A stretch of DNA of 64,000 bases from Bugula neritina (taxonomy: Eukaryota > Animalia > Bryozoa), in assembly GCA_964035545.1 (NCBI GenBank), contig OZ037766.1, forward strand, positions 25,966,339-26,030,338. The letters run 5' to 3'. Below the pieces are notes generated by a model that had not been told where the DNA came from, did not search any database, and saw only the letters and a program-made list of their open reading frames with translations. The translations under genes and the position numbers were made by a program. Below are positions 56,801 through 64,000 of the stretch, one piece after another. Each line of letters starts with the position of its first letter. The stretch's first letter is position 1.

Positions 56801-58289
56801 ATCAGGTAAGGTATAGTTTGATGTTCTCATATGCAATGACAGCTTCAATTAATATTACCTGTTAATTTTTTGATAAATCATCAATTTATTCATTAACAAT
56901 ACAATCATAATTTATTACCTACAGTCAAAGATCCAAGCCAATAGTAAAATAAAACTAACCTAGAATCTAGTTAGAATTAATTGAATCTATTGCTTTCTAT
57001 CAATACAGAAAGTTCAGAATAGCTTAAAGTCAATAAAATATATACCATTGAAAGCTATAAAAAGACTTTCTAAAGAAAACAATATGAATTCATGTTTTTG
57101 TTTTGCCACGTGTTGAATAATCTTGTCTTAATGGGGAGGTCTTCACCAAAGATCACAAAGTCACTTAGTTTGGTTCGTATAAATCAGAGTCAGATTTAGC
57201 TGTTTGTTAAATAAACAAGCAGCAGTTGCCGACTTCAAAACCAGCTACTAATTGCAAAGTGAATTACTCTGCTCAGAGCAAATATTTGTGTACATTTAGT
57301 TTATTAATTTTAGGGCACATAACAAACAGTCAAAGCTTTTCTGCTAACAATAAAAATGCTTTCAAAATAGAAAAGTAGGGATCAAGCTGCAGCCATTAAA
57401 TTTAAATATAAAGTTTTTATACCTGACTCTAGTGGTGTTGAAATAGAAGGTAGCTATATACAGCTTTGTGTTGGTTTATAATACACCTTCATAATTATGC
57501 TATTGTGTTTTAGAAACACCCAAAGCTTTGGACAGTGCAAGACTATGGTGACAAAATTACTTCAGTTTGAATAAAATGAAAATTGCAACATCAATTATAT
57601 AACTGTTTTATTTGATAATTTTATAGACGTGGGAAAAATGTTGAAATTCAATTTCAACATTTAATTCAGCGGTTTAAAGATGTAGAGCTCTGAAAGACTT
57701 ATTTAGTGTCTTAATATAACAACTTATAAAATAGTAGTCTAACATCTTTCAATGTATATATGAACTTAAGCTTGGAGCACCAGCGCTAATTATTAAAGGC
57801 AACCTAATGTATGCTTTAAGATTAAGTCTTTCCCAGGTCAATGATATGAAAATATTTTAATATGTATTGAGAATAAGTTTGTCTTCATTAGAATTTGAAC
57901 ACACTTATGTTATGACAACAGTACAGAGTAAATATTCATCTGCTATATAACATATTATATATAACTGGTAGTTAGGTGTCTCTATATATCAGATTGGTGT
58001 ACTTTGGTTTCAAGTACAGACCTACAATAATGTTGATTTAAAAACTTACCTGAACACTAAAAAAAACTTTCTGGACAAAAGTTTAGGGCATACCAGGTTG
58101 ATCTTTGAAAAATAGATGGCTGGGCAAGAAAGTATTGCAATATATTATCTGTAATTCATAGAAAAAACTACTTCTTAAAAGTGCATTATGTAGCCAATAA
58201 ATTGGAATAGAACTCTTACCTGATATCAACAAAGTTAAACGCAGAAGTGACTCTTTTCTACTCCCAAGGCAACTCATAGTCCAAATCAT
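41856..58289 (-). CDS. Non-classical cadherin (cadherin-related, CDHR5/PCDH15-like architecture): signal peptide, 5 EC repeats, TM, cytoplasmic tail; ~890 aa, 16 exons
   Basis: Exons 58289-58220, 55553-55461, 54040-53823, 53395-53309, 51984-51883, 49871-49764, 49264-49121, 47792-47616, 47180-47007, 45666-45587, 45402-45312, 44668-44484, 44222-44068, 43537-43402, 43164-43045, 42588-41856 (2673 nt, all phases match). Motifs DVNDHSPVF, AKDGD, LDYE (x2), AYDQD, NENDNNPLF, ARDPD and AVDSGLPP; TM segment GIIGSAVVVVLIVVIGVVCFVY. The first exon is the least certain. Confidence 0.88.
49546..50332. repeat. 148-bp near-identical direct repeat pair (49546-49693 and 50185-50332) flanking a cadherin exon
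   Basis: TGAATAAAA.CTGCAGAGACTCTTTTTAACTGAGC...TTAGTCTGTATCTTGC occurs twice with only a handful of substitutions. Confidence 0.9.
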
Positions 58290-61200
58290 GGCTGTACGAT
58301 ATTCCTTCAACAAAACACAATTTACACATTATCTATGCACCTACTACAGCAAATCCTAAAATAAAGATGTATATAAGCAAGGCGGGTCTGCTAATGTTTT
58401 TGACATATGGAAATTACTGCATAGCAAATAGAAAGTCCTAAATAAAGTTTCGGAAACTGTAAAACATTTGTCTAAATTTTGCAAAAATTACCAGCTATGT
58501 TGAACAGATTGTGTTACTTTAACAGTGGAATGGGGGAACTATAGATGCTTACCACTTTGCATAGATCTACTAGAAAGGTGCCCAGAACAAACACTAAGCT
58601 GTGAAACGCGTATAAAAGATAGCACCTACCACTTTTGCATGCTTCTATACAAGCCTTGCATGTATATATAATAGCTATAGTTTATGCAGTTTATAGAAAT
58701 CTTTTCATCTCAATATCTTAAGATTTAGATAATTAAATATCTGTGCACAATACACACCTATTATGCCTTATTCTACCATCCAAAATACACCGAGATTAGT
58801 TTTAGATAAGCTCGGGTTTATATTCACATGTTGGGCTACAGCAACTAGCCCCAAAGCAATGTAAAGCACTTTACATAGTACAGCACGCAACTACAATCCT
58901 ATAACTCGATCACATTTCTCAACTGATGAAAAGTAGAAATATTTGCATGAATAATAGGCTAGACTTTCTACTGTCACAAATAAAGATAAACTCATCTTCT
59001 TAAGTTACAAGTACTTATTAACTTGACATCTATGATGAAATTATATAATTCTGATTTGGAATCAAAATTACTTACTTACTTACCCTCCTCCCCCTCCCCA
59101 AGAGAAAGTATCCCTGTTTAAAGATTGCAGAGCCAGTTTCAAGAGGAGCATTTACGTACTAACAGTCAGCACACAGGAAGTCTATTCTATCACAACATGA
59201 CCACCTAGCTTTTACATTTTGGGGTTGTGGTTGAAAGTTCAACTTGTTAGAAATGTGAAAATAATTCTGAACCGAAAGTTCAGATTAGATCTGTGTTTAT
59301 TTTTATCATGAGTCAAGTTTTCTACACAACTTCCGCGCTAAGGTGGTCGCTAATTTTATGAATGTATTCGACTGAATGGTGGAATAAGTACCTTTTTCAA
59401 CATCAGAGAATGTTTTTCTGATTTCAAAAGCTACTAGCTAAAAATACTGCGATGAGAGCATATAATTGAAATGAACTGCTGATTAAAGACTCACTGTTGA
59501 TGAGACAAGAGAATTTTCAGTAGCAAGGCTACGCATTCCTTTAAGATTTAAATATAGAAATGTTTTACAAGTATTTTTAAAAAACACAAGTGGTATGTAC
59601 TAAAACAAAAGGAACTACTCCAAGCTATTACAAGTACACCATAAGATTAGAGTGAGTTATAGGTCACTGCCTATTTACCTTTGGTTTGGTTACATCTATA
59701 CCAACAAAAATATTCGTCATAGTTTCCGCAATTTAATTATTTTTTATACAAATTATAAATACTATAATTATAGATGATAAACTTAGGCTAACTCAATATT
59801 GCAGCTGATATGTGATGAAGTTAGCCAAGTTCTATGCTGTGCTTAGGTTATTATAGACAAAAGCTTATGGCTAATTGTTAAATATAATCAAATAACCTGC
59901 GTTTTCAATACTTCTACTTATGAATATTGATTGGAGTAAAGCTTGTAAAAGGATCAATCTGACAAAATTCTAATTTAGCAAACAGGCTTTAATCTCGGCT
60001 GACTGGTCACGGAACCCCCTCCCCAAGAGAGAATACTTTGAGTGTAGTATTAATACATGATTACACTAGCTCACCAACACTTCATATGTGTGTATGCGTG
60101 TAACTTCGATTTTTATAGAAAATTAATTAAAATTGCTAGACAATTTGCAAATTGTGAACTGCAATAATAAGGTTTCTCATCAATTTTCTTTAAAATCAAG
60201 AAGTAAATGAACCAATAAACGTTTTTGGTTTATATCAAATAGTATTACTTGAAATAGTTGTATCATAATTTATAGTTATTATGTAATAATTATCATATTC
60301 AAATCTGTAATAGCTATAAAATATTTTCAACATTTTCAGTTCAACAGATAGTTATTTACAATATCTTGTAACATCATTATAAAACTTTGGAATAATGCAG
60401 AAATTGATTTTCTAATTCATTATTAAAAATAATAACTTAGGTTTTAAATTACAGTAAAATTGGTTATATACTGATATGACACTAATTTCTCAGATATCAA
60501 GCTACAACATGCATCTATCATACTGATCAACACTTAAGTAATTCTTGCAGCAAATTTTGTTGATTAAATTGGCTAATTATCCGCTTTCAATACTTTTATT
60601 TTAATTTAAGTAGTATCAAATCCAGCTAATTGTAAAGCCCGGCCACGCATATTTTCAAACATAACTAAAGATTTTATTTACTTACAAAGTTTTAATTTCA
60701 ATAAATGTTGAACTAAAATTTCAATCATAACATTTTATTTATTCCTACAGAGATTCAAGTGGTTATTGTCTAGTTATGCTTAAATACTTTCTATGCAAAT
60801 GATCTAGTAAACTGTAACCTTTCACTGTAGCCTTTCACTGACGCAATGTCTCTAGTAGTTTGACACATGTCTTATGAATATTATGAGGTTTGATTAACTC
60901 TTAGACTATTAATATGTTTACTACTGCATATCGCAGTACAACAAAACCTATCTCATACATTTGAATGCAATAATTATGTTGATATATATTAAGTTCAAAA
61001 TTATAATATACCAAAGATTCCATATGGATTTGCATTTCACATTCAACTACACAATTTTATTTACGTGTCATGTGCCAACTTGAGCTCTTGACAATTTATT
61101 ACACGACAAACAATTACTGGACCAAACTACCCTGCGGCTTCCAAAGTTGCAGCATGCTTGTACACCACGCCAATAATCATTATGGTACAAACATAGTTCA

Positions 61201-62982
61201 TGTATTGTATATTGCATTGTAGTATACCTACGTTGTATTGTGATATACAAATTGTTTTATGCTAGACACTGCACTGTAATACATATACTGTACTATAGTA
61301 CATATACTGCACTGTGGTACATTGCATTGTCATACTCAATAATACTGTGCAACACAAAAACGTAAAACTTTCCTTAATTTCTCTAATATTTTATATAGCG
61401 ATCTATAGTCAGTCACAGAAAATTTGTGCAACAGTTCTCAACAACATTGCCAGTAAATAATACGCTGAATATAAATTTCTTGTTTAGGAGAAACATAAAA
61501 GCTTTATCCCACGGAATGTACAGGTTGAGCAAACATCACTTGAGATGTGAATTTACTGACAAGCCACGTGATTGGCCAATAGAGTAAGCTCACCTGCCCC
61601 CCATATTTGATGGTATAATCTATCACATAATCACCTCTTAATGTGTCACAATTTGGCAAATATCAGTCAGATTTCATCTTAGATGTTGTTTATATTAAGT
61701 ATAATGTCAGCTGCCTTTCGAGGGCTTAGCCCATGTCTGACTGTGTATACCTAACCAAGCTTTCTTGCCAAGGAGAGGGGAGTCGTTGTTGAGTGAAATT
61801 TATAATTTGCTAGTATATTACAGTGTATTGCTAATAAACTATTTGTTTATGATTTACTACATAATATAATATACAATATTATGCCTTAATATAATAATAT
61901 GTATCAATTTGTATAGTGTATTAAAGCATAGCATTATATTTGATATGATGTAGGGTGTAATATGCAGCATAAAATGCACTGTTATGATATAAAATACAAT
62001 ACTATGCCGCAGTCATATAAAGTAAAAAAGTAACTTAGGCTAATTATGGTATATATGCAACATATACTACATATAGCATATATATATATACTAGATAATA
62101 CACCAGTGGTATACAAGTATAATAGCCCTTGTTTAAACTAGTTCAGATAAAAATCATTCCATCACTAACAAAAAGTGTCAACAGTTAACTATGGCCTGTA
62201 TATAAAGCTAGATGAGCAAATAAAATCAAAGATGCAAATAAAATCTCAATATCTGGTGAGATTAAGTGTGGTTAGAGATGACAGGAGTCATATAGACTCA
62301 ATAATAAAATGTGTCTTTTATCTTTTAAATTGCAACAAACTATGGTGAGTAGTGTGAGGTTTCGTGAGCATGCTTAGAAAGAAGGAGATAAAATTGAGAT
62401 AACAGATGTGGATACACAGCTAAAAACCCAACATTATGTATGCTTAGATGACAAACAACTGGTTAAGTGACTACAGAATGTCTGGCTTTAAATAAAAAGT
62501 GACCTATACAAGTTATTAGACTCAAAATAATCCATTAATTTGACAAAACCAAGCTATTAATTACTGGTGTTTATCTTTGAAAGCATTAAATGGTATTTAT
62601 AATAAGTAATAACAAGCAATTTTGATATTACTCTCATTATCATGATATATAGGTGTTTGAAACAGAGCTAAAACTTGTTAGTGGTGTATTAATATTAGCA
62701 TGCAGTATATATAGCTATTAGTATAATCTATCCTACAGATCAAGAATGTCCAAACATTACATTTTCAAAGTCTGTGTTAGATTAACAGCTTTTTTTACAA
62801 GTTGCAGAAGATGAAAAAACCTCTTTTTCAAGATGTTGACTAATTTATTTTATAGGTATTCTGCAATTTTATGTAATGTTGTCTAACATCTGACATCTAA
62901 CATTGTGTTTATCTGACTGAGAAATCACATCACAAATCAATACCCTTGCAGCATTCTGTGAGAAGTTATTACTCAAGAATTG

Positions 62983-63737
62983 CTAGAAGCAACACTGAGT
63001 TGAGGGTGACTGAGTATAGAGTCTCCGAACCAACCCGACACTCAAGGAACCCCCAGAACCACTGCATTCAGTGACCACCAACTCGGTGCTGCTACAAGCC
63101 ATTCCTTTATTGCAAAAGATACAATTCAAAACTTTTAGAGGAACTTGTGGTGCTTTCAGTAAACCACCCCTAAGAAAAATTGGCAGTTAGCTTGATGAAA
63201 GCCATTGTGGGTTTCAAAAGAAATATGAATATAGTACAATAAAAACTGTAATGTTATAAAGTGTTAGGGTATATTATAATAATAATATTGTATTACTATT
63301 ACTATGGAGGTAGACTTAAACTTACAAAATACCATTTCTAAAATTATTCTTAGTATATTAAAGGTCCAAAAGTGCATTATATCAGGTTTTGGAATGTTCA
63401 CTATGACTATTATACTTTCACTTTCACTTTGTGCATAGGTTTGTAAATTTGAGAAATAATTACATTATTTGAGTTACTGTTAATTTAATACAAGTGCCTC
63501 AGAAAGTTTTGTCAAAATTTTGACGATAGGAGGTTTTTGCTCAAATTGAATTTGATAAAAGTCAAAGGTGGTGTCAATGTGACACTATTAGTGTTTAAAA
63601 ATTTAGAATAAAGCATCAAATGACCTTCACTTACCTAGAGTCCAGATGACTTTTGTACACCTTGTAAGTGACAGTTTTAGTGTCAATTTGATTTTGAATA
63701 GTGGCTCCTGAAATCACGTAGTTGCTATCCCTATCTG
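62983..63737 (-). CDS. Possible last two coding exons of a gene that starts beyond the window end (product unknown)
   Basis: Candidate exons 63737-63635 (DRDSNYVISGATIQNQIDTKTVTYKVYKSHLDS, strong AG|gtaagt donor) and 63091-62983 (STELVVTECSGSGGSLSVGLVRRLYTQSPSTQCCF-stop) join in phase 2. Both are GC-richer than their flanks. Confidence 0.4.
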
Positions 63738-64000
63738 CTGTAACCCAGTGGAAAGATAAGCTACAAACGATGACACTAGTATAACATGTGCTCGGAGGGC
63801 CCGCCGATGCTACTTGAGCTGCTATGTTCCGATAACAATAATATAAAGCAAAACTCAGTTTGCGCAGTGGGCGGAGCATAGCTTCTCGTGGGCGTGCCTT
63901 GTTGGCAGAGTTGATAATGCTACTACAGCGACCATGGAACAAAGATATTTGCACAAAACTTGGCAGTAGTCGCAGCTATACAAACCAATTAGCATGGAGC

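Overview
AT-rich, intron-rich eukaryotic DNA from an invertebrate animal. The ORF track is largely uninformative because the genes are spliced, so I rebuilt them by hand from GT-AG junctions and checked reading-frame phase at every junction. There are five complete genes. (1) A + strand, 16-exon PLP-dependent class-V aminotransferase/cysteine desulfurase-like gene (460-16182, ~683 aa) starting MGSGSS. (2) A - strand CPLANE2/RSG1 ciliary small GTPase (16955-19835, 5 exons, ~245 aa). (3) A - strand CEP295/Ana1 centriolar protein (21135-35863, 26 exons, ~1756 aa). (4) A + strand, 3-exon secreted prepropeptide that I do not recognise (38656-40737, ~186 aa), with KR/RTKR cleavage sites and three repeated helix + Cys-loop modules. 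It is the best novelty candidate in the window. (5) A - strand non-classical cadherin with 5 EC repeats (41856-58289, 16 exons, ~890 aa). The 3' end of a possible sixth gene lies at 62983-63737. Introns carry a TA-flanked MITE, a TTAA-flanked Kolobok-like element, tRNA-derived SINEs, microsatellites, and several tandem duplications that copy a splice site. Family assignments rest on recalled motifs; no database search was run.
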